Shown piece after piece: positions 1 through 12,501 of a stretch of 64,000 nt of DNA; positions within the stretch are counted from its first letter, which is position 1, and every line of letters starts with the position of its first letter. The stretch lies in assembly GCA_963803435.1 (NCBI GenBank), contig CAWDML010000009.1, forward strand, positions 1,376,001 to 1,440,000, read 5' to 3'. The position numbers and the translations under genes were made by a program. This DNA comes from an uncultured delta proteobacterium. Its GTDB lineage: Bacteria; Myxococcota; Kuafuiibacteriia; Kuafuiibacteriales; Kuafuiibacteriaceae. The notes under the pieces were generated by a model, which made no database searches, was not told the origin of the DNA, and worked only from the letters and a program-made list of their open reading frames with translations.

Positions 1-2
1 TG

Positions 3-761
3 GTGGAGAACGCGACGCGCCCGGAGGACCACACGTATGAGCCGAGCATCGAGCTCTACGATCCGGTCGACGGCAGCTTCGTGTTCCCGAAAGACCGGGA
101 CGGCAACGCCGTCGAGCTCCCGGAGGCCCGCTACGGGCACACCGCGACGCTGGTCTCGAAGAACGACGTCGTGCTGGCCGGCGGGCAGAACGGCGACAAC
201 CCAGTGCTGTCGCTCGCGGTGGTGCACGTCGAGGAAAACAGCGTCACCGTGAAGACGTCGAGCGAGTCGATCAGCGTGGGACCGCTCTTCCACGCGGCCG
301 ACGCGACCTCGGACGGGACGCTGCTGCTCTCGGGCGGCTACGCGACCATCTCGGATGCCGAGGGGACGCCGCCGGTCGACTCCTCGAAGAACGTCGAGAT
401 GTGGACGCTCAACCAGGCCACCGGGGAGCTGACGCGCCTGTGCACCGGCAACCTCAACAAGGCGCGCGGGTATCACACCGCCTCGATCGTCGGTCGTGAG
501 GCCGTCTTCATCGGCGGCCGCGACGAATCCGGCCTGCCCATCGCCGACGCCGAGGTCGCCTCGCTCTTGGGCGTGGCCGGCACCTGCTTCGCGCGCCCGC
601 CGACGACCCATCCCATGACCGATCCTCGAGCTCAGCACGCGGTCGCGAAGATCGGCTCGGGCGAGCTGCTCGTCGTTGGTGGACGGCAACAGAACGAAGG
701 CGAAACGTTCGGCCGCTCCATCGAGAGCACCGAGATCTTCTCCCCGCGCCGCGATCCCTGA
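3..761 (+). CDS. Kelch-repeat beta-propeller protein, C-terminal part (5' end outside window)
   Basis: Repeated kelch motifs ARYGHTATL..VVLAGG, FHAA...LLLSGG, ARGYHTASI..VFIGG, PRAQHAVA...LLVVGG. Confidence 0.8.
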   Translation: MENATRPEDHTYEPSIELYDPVDGSFVFPKDRDGNAVELPEARYGHTATLVSKNDVVLAGGQNGDNPVLSLAVVHVEENSVTVKTSSESISVGPLFHAADATSDGTLLLSGGYATISDAEGTPPVDSSKNVEMWTLNQATGELTRLCTGNLNKARGYHTASIVGREAVFIGGRDESGLPIADAEVASLLGVAGTCFARPPTTHPMTDPRAQHAVAKIGSGELLVVGGRQQNEGETFGRSIESTEIFSPRRDP

Positions 762-779
762 TCCAACCCCCGTTCCCTT

Positions 780-3700
780 GTGACGGGTCCCGGGACCCCG
801 TATGACAACTTTGCGTTGCGCGGCCTCGTCTCGCTCTTGGCCGGAGCCTGGCTCTTCGGTGTGCCCGCGCTGGCCCGCGCTCAGTTCCTGATCGAGGGCG
901 TCGTCCACGACAGCCAGAGCCTGGCCCCGCTCTCTGACGTGGTGGTGCTGGTCCTCGACGACCAGAGCGGCCTTCCGCTCTCCCCGGGGCTCTTCCGGGA
1001 TCCGCAGCAGCAGGGCCAGATCACCGGCGCCGACGGTCGCTATCGCGTCGAGCTGCAAGCTGGGTTGCAGGTGCGCCTCTCCTTCGAGCGGCCGGACGCC
1101 CGCTTCGTCTTTCCCAGCCTTCTCGCACCGCCTGCCGGGATCGCTTGCACCGAGGTCTCCTGCGAGGGTGGCGTCATCGATCCCTCCGCCACGCCGGTGG
1201 CCGGCGGTGTGTACGCGATCCGCTTCCTCACCGACGCCGTGCGGAGCGCCCGCAATAACCACGTGCCGGTCGATCCGCTGGGGCGTCTGGTGAAGCTCGA
1301 ACTCGCGGCTGACCGCGACCGCGTCGCCCGCGGCGAGCACGTCGTCTTCACCGCACGACTCGAGAACATGTCGGCCGATCCGATCGCCGACGCCGAGGTG
1401 GCGATCGTCCTCCCGCCCGCGCTCCGCTACCTGGCCGGCTCGGAGAGCGCCGGGTCGACGCCGGTGGTGCCCCGGCAGGCCGACCTGCAAATCCGCTTCC
1501 CGCTCCCCCTGGCGCCCCAGACGCCCGTCGTGCTGCGCTTCGCCGCGAAGCTCGCCGAGCCGATCCGGGAGCCGCGCGTCGTGGTCCGGGCCTCGCTGGA
1601 GCGGGGCGGCGGCATCGTCCTCGCCGAGGCGACCGCCGACCTCACGCTCGAAGGCGATCCGAACCTCGAGCTGAGCACGATCCTCGGACGCGTCTTCTGC
1701 GATCGCGCCGGTGCGGGGCGGCCCGGCTGGCAGGATCCGGAGGAGCCCGGCCTCTACGGTGCGCGCGTCTACCTCGACACCGGCTTCTACGTGGAGAGCG
1801 ACGCCGCCGGCCTGTTCTCTTTCACCGGCGTGCCGGCCGGCGAGCGCCTGCTGAAGCTCGACGTCGACTCGCTGCCGCCGAAGAGCGCGCCGCTCTCACC
1901 GATCCGACGCCAGCTGTACCTCTCGCCCGGAACACCGGGGCAGGTCGCCTTCGGGATCGACTGTCGCCTGGAGCGCTGGACGACGGCCACGCGGATCGAG
2001 CGGGCGAAGCGGGCCGAGCAAGCCGCCACCTCCTCCGCGTCGCCGCCCGCGGTGCGGACCCTGCCGGTGGCGGTGGACGCCGACAGCCGGACCGTCACGC
2101 TGGCCGAGCGGATCGACCGCTTCCTCGAGCCCACGCTCGAGGGCGCGCTGGGCCCGCGGACCATCCGCTTCGCGCCGGGATCGATCGGGCCGCTGACGCC
2201 CTCGCGGTGGACGATCCACCTCGTCGAGGTCGACGCGACCGGCGGCACCACCCGCACGATCCGGGACGAGGCCCTCACCGGCCGCGGCTACCCGCCGCTG
2301 TTCGTCGAGATCCCCGGCGATCCGCCGCCGCTCGGGCACGCCTACCGGGCCACCCTCGAGCTCTTGGCGGGCGACGACGATCGAGCCACCTCGGCGCCGC
2401 TCGAATCTGTCGCCGCCCCTCGAGGCGAAGCCAGCGCATGCGATCGGACAGGTCGAGGAGCGGTCGCTCGCCGACGGGCTCGGCGTGGTCAGGAGCGCGC
2501 TCGCGCTGGGACCGGAGGAGCGCATCGTGATCGAGGCGCACTGGGACAACGCCGAGGGCCCGGAGGTCGCGCGCGCGAACGCCCAGGCGCTCGGCGAGCG
2601 GGCCAAGGCAATCCTGACCGAGCTCGGGATCCCCGCCAATCGCATCGACGTGGTCTCGCGCGGCTCCGAGGCGCCGCTGGTCCCGAGCACGATGGTGGGC
2701 CTGCGGGCCAGGAACCGCAGGGTCGAATCCTGCGCGCGACGCCCGCACGGCCGAGGCCTCCCCCGCCCGAGGTCGAGTCCCGGCATCTCGAGATCGAGGT
2801 CGACCTGAAGCGCGCGACGGTGCCGCTCGTCAATCGAATCCCAGGTCGAGCTGACGATGAATCTGGATGTCCCGGCCCAGGTGGAGCTCGTCTTCCACGA
2901 CGGCCGGGGCGGGATCGCCTTCATGCGGCGCGTGGTCGCGCACGACCTCATCTCGCGAGCCGGCCAGCGGGAGGCGGTGGAGCCGTCGCTTCGCGCGGAG
3001 CCTCGCGCGCTCGAGCTGGGACCGAATCACGTGGCCGCTCCCTCAGACCCCGATGCGACTCACCGGGGTCCGGCTGGTCTCGCCGCCGGGCTTGATCGCG
3101 ACGCTCGGCGATCGCGAAGGCGTGGTGCGCTGGCGGCTGGAGGTGCGCGATCCGCTGCACGATCGCCGGCTCGCGGTGATCGAGGCGGAGGGAGAGCCGC
3201 CCCCCGAGGTGGAGCTCGCGTTCACTGCCAGCGTGGCGGGCACACTGATCGCGACCGCCGAATATCCAGGGGGCGTCCGGTTTCGCTCGCGACCGGTACC
3301 GCTTCCGCCGTGGTCGCCGGACGTCCGCGAGACGACGATCTCGGGTCCAGCCCTCCGCGATCCCAGCGGAGCGCTGGCCGACCTGATCGAGCGTGAGCTC
3401 GACTCGCTGTCCGCCAAGATCGCCGTGCGGATCGACGGAGGCACCGAGGCCCAGCGCGCGCGGGTGCTAGCGGCGCTCTCCGAGCTGCCGTTGATCGAGA
3501 CGCCGCCAGCCCGTCTCGAAGGCGAGCTGACGCTGACGGCCCGCCTCGTCTACGACGAGTCGGTCGAGCTCCCCCGCCGCGAGAGCCGGGAGAGGTGGAG
3601 CACCTGGGGCTCCCTCCGGCGGACAATCTGGAGATGGAGGTCAGCGGCACGGTGCTCGCGATCGAGGACCCCGAGGGCAATCTGATCGTGCCCCTGCCCG

Positions 3701-6700
3701 AGCTCGAGCAGCTGGACCGCGCCGAGCCGCGCCGCCCGCGCTCGGCGGTGGAGGCGCAGCCCGAGCCGCTCGACCTCCCGGCCGCCGACGTGGAGATCAC
3801 GGTGCCCGAGGCGGGCGCGGTCCTCGGACGGACGTCGCTGCCGCTGGTCGGACAGACCCGGCCCGAGAACCGGATCCGGATCAACGGCCACGAGGTGACG
3901 CTCGACTCGAAGGGGCGCTTCTTCGACACCGTTCCGCTCAATCCGGGGCTCAATCGCGTCCGCGTCGAGTCCATGGATCCGGAGGGCAACCGGGCCGTGT
4001 TCGAGCGGAAGGTCGAGTCGAGCTCGGTCGCGTGGTTCCTGATGGCGATGGGGGACGGCACCGTCTCCACCGGCGCTGCCCGGCTCGCGGGCTCGAACGA
4101 CGACACGCGCGCCGAGCTGGGACCGCTCTCGCTGGACGGCCGCCTGCTCGCCTACGCCAAGGCGCGCTTCGCGTTCTCCGGCCCGATCGAGCACCTCGAG
4201 CTCACCGGGCGGTTCGACAGCGCGGAGCAGGGCGACTCCACGGTGCTGCGCCTCGAGGACGACCCCCTCCGGCTGCTCCCGACCTTCGGTGACGCCAGCC
4301 TCGAGATCCAGGACGGCGCCACGCGCCACAAGATCTATCTCGACCTGACCGCCGATGCGTCGCGAATCACGCTCGGCAACTCGAGCACCACGCTGGCGCC
4401 GTTCGGACCCGACAGCTTCTTCTCGTTCCGCCGGGCCGGCTTTGGCCTGCACGCCGACGTGGTCCAATCGTTCTCCGACTGGGACGAGACGAAGATCGCC
4501 GGCACCTACGGGTTCGAGAACGGCGGTGTTCGCCGGGGCCACGACGAGCTCCAGGGCACCGGCGGCAGCATGTACTGGCTCAGCCACGACGAGGTGGTCG
4601 AGGGGAGCGCGCGCGTCCGTATCGAGGTGCGCGATCGCGACACCGGCCTGGTGCTCTCGTCCATCGATCAGCTCGAGGGCAAGGACTACGAGCTCCGCCC
4701 GCGCGAGGGCCGGCTCATGTTCCGGCAGCTCCTCTCGAGCGTATCGGGCATCGCGACGACCGCCATGAATCGTTCGGTGGCTCTGACCGGCCACCCGATC
4801 TACGCCGTGGTCGACTACGAATACCTGGCCTCCGGCGCCGACGAGAAGAGCTGGGGCGTGGAGGCCAAGGAGACGCTCTTCTCACAGCTCGAGCTCTACT
4901 TCGGAGCGGCCGGTGAGGAATCGGGCCGACGGCGACCACCGCCTGTTCTCTGGAGCCCTGGCCTGGCGCCCGGGGGCCGGATCGTACCTCGAGCTCGAGT
5001 ACGCGCGCTCGAGCGGAGAGACCGGGCTCGGATCGATCTCGGTCGACGGCGGGCTCAACTACCGCGCGTTCGATCGCCCGCTGTCCGACGCAGCCCAGGC
5101 GCGCCTCGGCGATCTGAACGTTCCTTTCTTCCACGCGCTCGACCGCGAGGCGATCGGGCTGGCCGGTCACCTCGACTTCTCCGATCTGTCTGACGATCCC
5201 GACGGGCCGCGCGGCTTCATCCATCTGTACGGGCGAAAGGCCGGTCTCATGTTCTCGTCGCTCTCGGCCGGTCGCGAGCAAGGGCGCCTGGCGGGCGGGA
5301 TCTCGGCGGGCTACGCCATCACCCGCGGGCTCTCGCTCCACGCCGCCTTCGACGCTGCCTTCGCGATCCAACCCGACGCGATTGCGGCGGCCGTCGACGG
5401 CCCCGTGCCGGGCGTCTTCCGGGCGCTCGGTGTGCTGGGCGCCGACTACCGCGAGGGGAGCAACGCCGCCGGCGTCGAGGTCGCCCACCTTCGGACCGCG
5501 CTGCCGCCCGAGCGGGGTGCGTTCTCCTCGACCGGCCTCTCGGCGCGCTTCGAGCGGCGGGTCACGAAGTCGCTCTCGCTCGGCGTCGCGCAGGACGTGC
5601 TGTTCGGCGCAGACGCGCTCACGGGCGGCGGCCTCGGCAACCTCAGCACCACGGCGTTCGCCTTCTGGAGGCTGACCGGCGACCTGCAGCTCTCGCTGGC
5701 CGAGAACGTACGCTGGAGCGGCGCCAACTCGACGCAGCTGGGGCTGCGGATCGAGGGCGACGGCGGCCTGGTCACCTACGTGGCCGAACGGTTCACCGAG
5801 TCCGGCAGCGCGCCGCGCATGACCACCATCCTGGGCGCCGAGGACGAGGTCGCCGAGGGGAGCCGGACGTACGGCGAGCTCCAGATGGATGGCGGCCCGA
5901 ACCCGGAGCGGATGCGGGCGGTGATCGGGATGGACAACCGATGGCGGGTCGCGCCCGGGCTCGAGCTTCTGCTCGCGTACGAGCGGGCGCAGCTCACCTC
6001 CGGCTCGCCCCAGCCCGACGCCGCCGAGGTCTCCCCGTTCGACGCGCCCTTCGGCGGGGTCTCCGCCACCCTGGGAGGCTTCGGCGACACCGTCTCGTTT
6101 CTGCCCGGAGCGGTGTCCCGCGACGCGCTCGCCGCCGGGATCTCGTGGACCGGGTGGAAGCGCCTCGAGCTGTCCGAGCGCTTCGAGCTCCGTATCGACG
6201 ACGCGACCGCGGCGCTCGGAACCGACTACCTGATCATCGGATCGCACACCGGGCTGGCCTTCCAGCTCCACCGCGACATCACGGCGCTGGGGCGGCTCAC
6301 CCTCCAGCACGCGCGCGACACCACCAACGATCGGATCTACGCGCGCTCTCTCGAGGGCTCGATCGCCGCGATCTATCGCCCGCGGTTCGACGACTGGTTC
6401 ACGCTGGTGCTCCGCTATACCAAGCTCATCATTCAGCGGCCCGAGTCGCTCGATCCCGAGCGAACGCTCACGGACCGAGACGCGTTCTCGGCGGAGCCGA
6501 TCGTCGACACCCCCTGGAACCTCCAGCTGGTGGAGCGTGTGGCCTTCGTGAAGAACGCGCTGCAGCAGGCGAACGTCGCGCCGCTATCGGGGTGGCTGCT
6601 CTTGTGGGTGAATCGGCTGAACGCACGCTTCTTCGACGTGCTCGAGGCGGGGGTGGAGTACCGGATGCTGCTCGACCTGGAGATCGACACGGCGGAGCGC

Positions 6701-6847
6701 GGCTTTTTGGTGGAGGCCGGCTATCTCCCGGTGGAGTACGTGCGGATCGGGTTGGGATACAACTTCACGCGCTTCTCCGACGATGTGCTGCAGCTCGCGG
6801 ATCGCGATGCCGCGGGACCGTTCTTGCGCGTGACGGCCAGGTATTGA
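780..6847 (+). CDS. Giant (~2020 aa after repair) secreted/outer-membrane protein: Ig-like/DUF11 domains, SdrD-B-like domain, OmpA-like peptidoglycan-binding domain, C-terminal beta-barrel; six apparent frameshifts
   Basis: Signal peptide; DUF11-like GEHVVFTARLEN..LPPALRY; ILGRVFCD..GWQDPEEPGLYGARVYL; OmpA-like AHWDN..NAQALGERAKAI..RARNRRVE; barrel-like end GYNFTRFSDD..GPFLRVTARY. Fragments join by single-base fixes at 2403, 2725, 2836, 3024, ~3572 and 4918 (net 6066 nt, divisible by 3). Confidence 0.75.
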
Positions 6848-6851
6848 TGCT

Positions 6852-7055
6852 TCAAGAGGCGAGGTCAAAGAAGACGCTCTCGGAGTAGTACTGGGCGAAG
6901 AGCTGCCGGGCTTCGCGGCGTGCCCGCTCGCGCTCACGGTTTCGCTTGGGGCGCGGGACGGTTCGGCTTTCGAGGCGACGGACGGTGAGATGATCCTTCA
7001 CTTCGTCGAGCCAGGACTTCAGGACGATCTGCTTCTCTGGGCCGGTCTGCATCAT
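6852..7055 (-). CDS. Small hypothetical protein (67 aa)
   Basis: ATG with GGAGA upstream on the minus strand; fills the gap between two genes; Arg-rich helical C-terminus. Confidence 0.5.
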   Translation of the reverse strand: MMQTGPEKQIVLKSWLDEVKDHLTVRRLESRTVPRPKRNRERERARREARQLFAQYYSESVFFDLAS

Positions 7056-7245
7056 GTTCGTTCTCCAAAAGCACCTCGCGTGCCATCGAAGGGCAGGCCG
7101 CGCGCATTTAGCGCATCAAACTGGGATCATTGGGGTTTCGAACGTATCCGACCGGTCCGTCGGCCCGGACGGGCCGTAGCTCCGTTTATACGGCTGTGGT
7201 GAAAGGACGACGGTGGATCGTGAAAATGGATTATAAGGCGCCGCG

Positions 7246-8358
7246 ATGGACGTCTTCGCGGAGGTCGCGACCAAGCGACACGAGCAGATCACCTTCTGTT
7301 ACGACGAGGTCTCAGGCCTGAAGGCCATCATCGCGATTCACGATACCACCCTGGGACCGGCGCTCGGCGGTACACGCATGTGGCCGTACAAGTCCACGGA
7401 GGAGGCCGTCCGGGACGTGCTCCGCCTGGCCCGCGGCATGACCTTCAAGAGCGCCGCCGCCGGCCTGAACCTGGGCGGAGGCAAGGCCGTCATCGTCGGC
7501 GATCCCAAGAAGAACCGCACCGAGGCGTTGTTCCGGGCCTTCGGCCGCTTCGTCGAGGGCATGGGCGGCCGCTACATCACGGCCGAGGACGTGGGCACCA
7601 ACGTGCGCTGCATGGAGTGGGTGCGCATGGAGACCAACCACGTCACCGGCATCAGCCGCGCACTCGGAGGCTCGGGCGATCCGTCTCCGGTCACGGCGGT
7701 CGGCGTCTTCGCGGGCATGCGGGCCTGCGCCAAGGAGCGCTGGGGCAGGGACTCGCTCGACGGCAAGCACATCACCGTGCAGGGCGTGGGCGCGGTCGGC
7801 TACCATCTGGTGAAGCACGTGCTCCGCGCCGGCGCCCACGCCACCGTCTGCGACATCGACGAGGACAACCTCAAGCGGGTCAGCGGCGACTTCCCGGTGG
7901 AGGTCGTGGCGCCCGACAAGATCTTCGACGTCAAGGCCGACATCTTCTGCCCGTGCGCGCTCGGTGGGATCATCAACGACAACACGATCGAGCGGCTCGA
8001 CGTGGAGATCGTGGCAGGCTCGGCCAACAACGTCCTCGACGACGAGCGCAAGCACGGCCGCGCCCTGCTCGACCGCGGGGTCCTCTACGCCCCCGACTAC
8101 GTGATCAACGCGGGCGGGCTGATCAACGTCGCGAACGAGCTCGAGGGCTACAACCAGGAGCGCGCGCTCCGGCAGGCCGAAGGCATCTACGACATCATCC
8201 AGAGCGTCTTCGAGATCGCGCGCAAGGAAGACATCCCGACGAACAAGGCCGCCGACAACCTGGCGCTGCGGCGCATCGCGGAGATCGGCAAGATCCGAAG
8301 CTTCTACATCCCGTCGGGGCGCATGCGCCGGCCGGAGCAGCTCCGCGGCGTGAGCTGA
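7246..8358 (+). CDS. Leucine dehydrogenase (Glu/Leu/Phe/Val dehydrogenase family)
   Basis: IAIHDTTLGPALGGTRM, GMTFKSAAAGLNLGGGKAV, YITAEDVGT, QGVGAVG, APDYVINAGG. Confidence 0.93.
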   Translation: MDVFAEVATKRHEQITFCYDEVSGLKAIIAIHDTTLGPALGGTRMWPYKSTEEAVRDVLRLARGMTFKSAAAGLNLGGGKAVIVGDPKKNRTEALFRAFGRFVEGMGGRYITAEDVGTNVRCMEWVRMETNHVTGISRALGGSGDPSPVTAVGVFAGMRACAKERWGRDSLDGKHITVQGVGAVGYHLVKHVLRAGAHATVCDIDEDNLKRVSGDFPVEVVAPDKIFDVKADIFCPCALGGIINDNTIERLDVEIVAGSANNVLDDERKHGRALLDRGVLYAPDYVINAGGLINVANELEGYNQERALRQAEGIYDIIQSVFEIARKEDIPTNKAADNLALRRIAEIGKIRSFYIPSGRMRRPEQLRGVS

Positions 8359-8369
8359 CCGTCCCGCCC

Positions 8370-9704
8370 TCAGCCGGCGTGCGTGCGGCCCGTACCGCGC
8401 TTGGTCACGCCGTCGGGTCGCTCGCCCGGCAATCGTCGCTCCTGGATGATCCGGCGGTAGTAGTCGCCACCTCCAGTGAGCGTCCGCTCGAGGGTCCCAT
8501 AGTCGACTCGGTAGAGGCCGAACCGCGGCTCGTAGCCCTCGAGCCACTCGAAGTTGTCGAGCAGCGACCAGTGCAGATAGCCGCGCAGATCGACGCCTCG
8601 ATCGATCGCGTCGAGCGCAGCGGACAGATGATCGTGGATGTACGCGGCGCGCCGTGAATCGGTCCGATCGTCGATCCCATTCTCCGTGATGAAGATGGGC
8701 ACCCGGTAGCGCGCCATGTCGACGAGCGCCTCGGTCAGGCCGCCCGGATGGATCTCCCATCCGAGGTCGGTGACGCCCCGGCCGTCCCGATCCTCGTAGA
8801 AGACCGAGAGCGCGTCCTTCCCGAAGCGCGCCAACAGCTCCACGTAGACGCGCGAGTAGAAGTTGACGCCGAGGAAGTCGAGCGTACCCGCGGCCTCGGG
8901 GACCTCGCTGACGTAGCGAACGCCCGGGAGCAGGCCGAGCTGGACCACGCCGTCGATCAGCGCCTTCACGAACACGTGGTTGAAGTGATGGCGCACGTAG
9001 CTCGTCGTGATCCGATCGAGCGGATGCGCCGCGCGCGACGGTGAGAAGTGCATGTAGTGCTTCGCGAGCCCCACCTGCGCGTCCGGGTTCGCGCGCTTGA
9101 TGGCAGCGTGCGCGCGAGCGTGGCCGCGGATCAGCCCGGTGGCGGCCGCCGCCAGCTCGCCGAGTCGCGCCCGCCCGGGAGGGATCACGCCCTTGAAGTA
9201 AGCCCCGGACAGCCAGACGCTCGGCTCGTTGATCACCGTGTAGTAGCGGACGCGGGCCCCCAGCGCCGCGGTCACCCGCTCGGCGAAACGGCCGAAGCGC
9301 TCGGGCGCCTCGCCGTCGGGCTGGTGCCACGGGCAAGTCGTGTGGAACCAGGGCGGGTGCGTGAAGTGGAGGAGCGTGACGAACGGCTCGATGCGGTGCG
9401 CGACCAGCCGCTCGGTGATCTCGACGTAGCGTGCGATCGCGGCCTCGTCGAACTCGCCCGGGCGTGGCTCGACCCGGGCCCACTCGACGCTGAACCGGTA
9501 GGCCTGCGCGCCCAGCCGCGCCAGCAGATCGACGTCCTCACGCCATCGGTTCCAGTGATCGGTGGCGCGCCCGCAGCGCGTGCCGGGATCCTTCAGACGA
9601 CCGGCCCGCTCCCAGGCGGACCAGTCGTTCTCGATGTCACCCTCGATCTGGTACGCGCTGGTGGCGCAACCGAAGAGGAAGTGGGGAGGGAAGGGCCGCG
9701 TCAT
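8370..9704 (-). CDS. Glycoside hydrolase family 1 (beta-glucosidase-like)
   Basis: FLFGCATSAYQIEG, YRFSVEWARVEP, catalytic INEP and ITENG, WSLLDNFEW. Confidence 0.93.
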   Translation of the reverse strand: MTRPFPPHFLFGCATSAYQIEGDIENDWSAWERAGRLKDPGTRCGRATDHWNRWREDVDLLARLGAQAYRFSVEWARVEPRPGEFDEAAIARYVEITERLVAHRIEPFVTLLHFTHPPWFHTTCPWHQPDGEAPERFGRFAERVTAALGARVRYYTVINEPSVWLSGAYFKGVIPPGRARLGELAAAATGLIRGHARAHAAIKRANPDAQVGLAKHYMHFSPSRAAHPLDRITTSYVRHHFNHVFVKALIDGVVQLGLLPGVRYVSEVPEAAGTLDFLGVNFYSRVYVELLARFGKDALSVFYEDRDGRGVTDLGWEIHPGGLTEALVDMARYRVPIFITENGIDDRTDSRRAAYIHDHLSAALDAIDRGVDLRGYLHWSLLDNFEWLEGYEPRFGLYRVDYGTLERTLTGGGDYYRRIIQERRLPGERPDGVTKRGTGRTHAG

Positions 9705-9717
9705 GCCCGCGAGCCGC

Positions 9718-12118
<2,401 letters not shown>

Positions 12119-12206
12119 TTATTCGTCTCCTCTGTTCGATCTCAACAGACCGATCCACGTGCCCCTTCCAGGCACATCGCACGAGCCTAGCACCTTTGAG
12201 GGACGA

Positions 12207-12341
12207 CTAGGATTCAGAGCCGAAAAGTTCCTTGGAGCTCTTCGTCGTTCCCTGCTTTTCGAGCTGCTTCTTTCGCTTCTTGCCGCTCTTGCGCTTGTGC
12301 GCGCCGCGCCGCGTTTCGGTGGCCTTCGAGTTGGAGGACAT
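12207..12341 (-). CDS. Small Lys/Arg-rich protein (44 aa) upstream of lon
   Basis: MSSNSKATETRRGAHKRKSGKKRKKQLEKQGTTKSSKELFGSES; GC-ending codons typical of this genome. Confidence 0.55.
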   Translation of the reverse strand: MSSNSKATETRRGAHKRKSGKKRKKQLEKQGTTKSSKELFGSES

Positions 12342-12501
12342 GACTGTGGCGCGGCCTATATCGAGGCACTGCCGAACGGTCAACCTCGGGGCGAGGGTGG
12401 CGCAAAAGCCCTGAGGCGTAGGCGCGCGGCCCCGGTGCTGGGTGGGTCCAAGACTCCTACGACATTCGCTCCCTTGTGGCCTTTTCCGGATCTCCGAAAA
12501 G

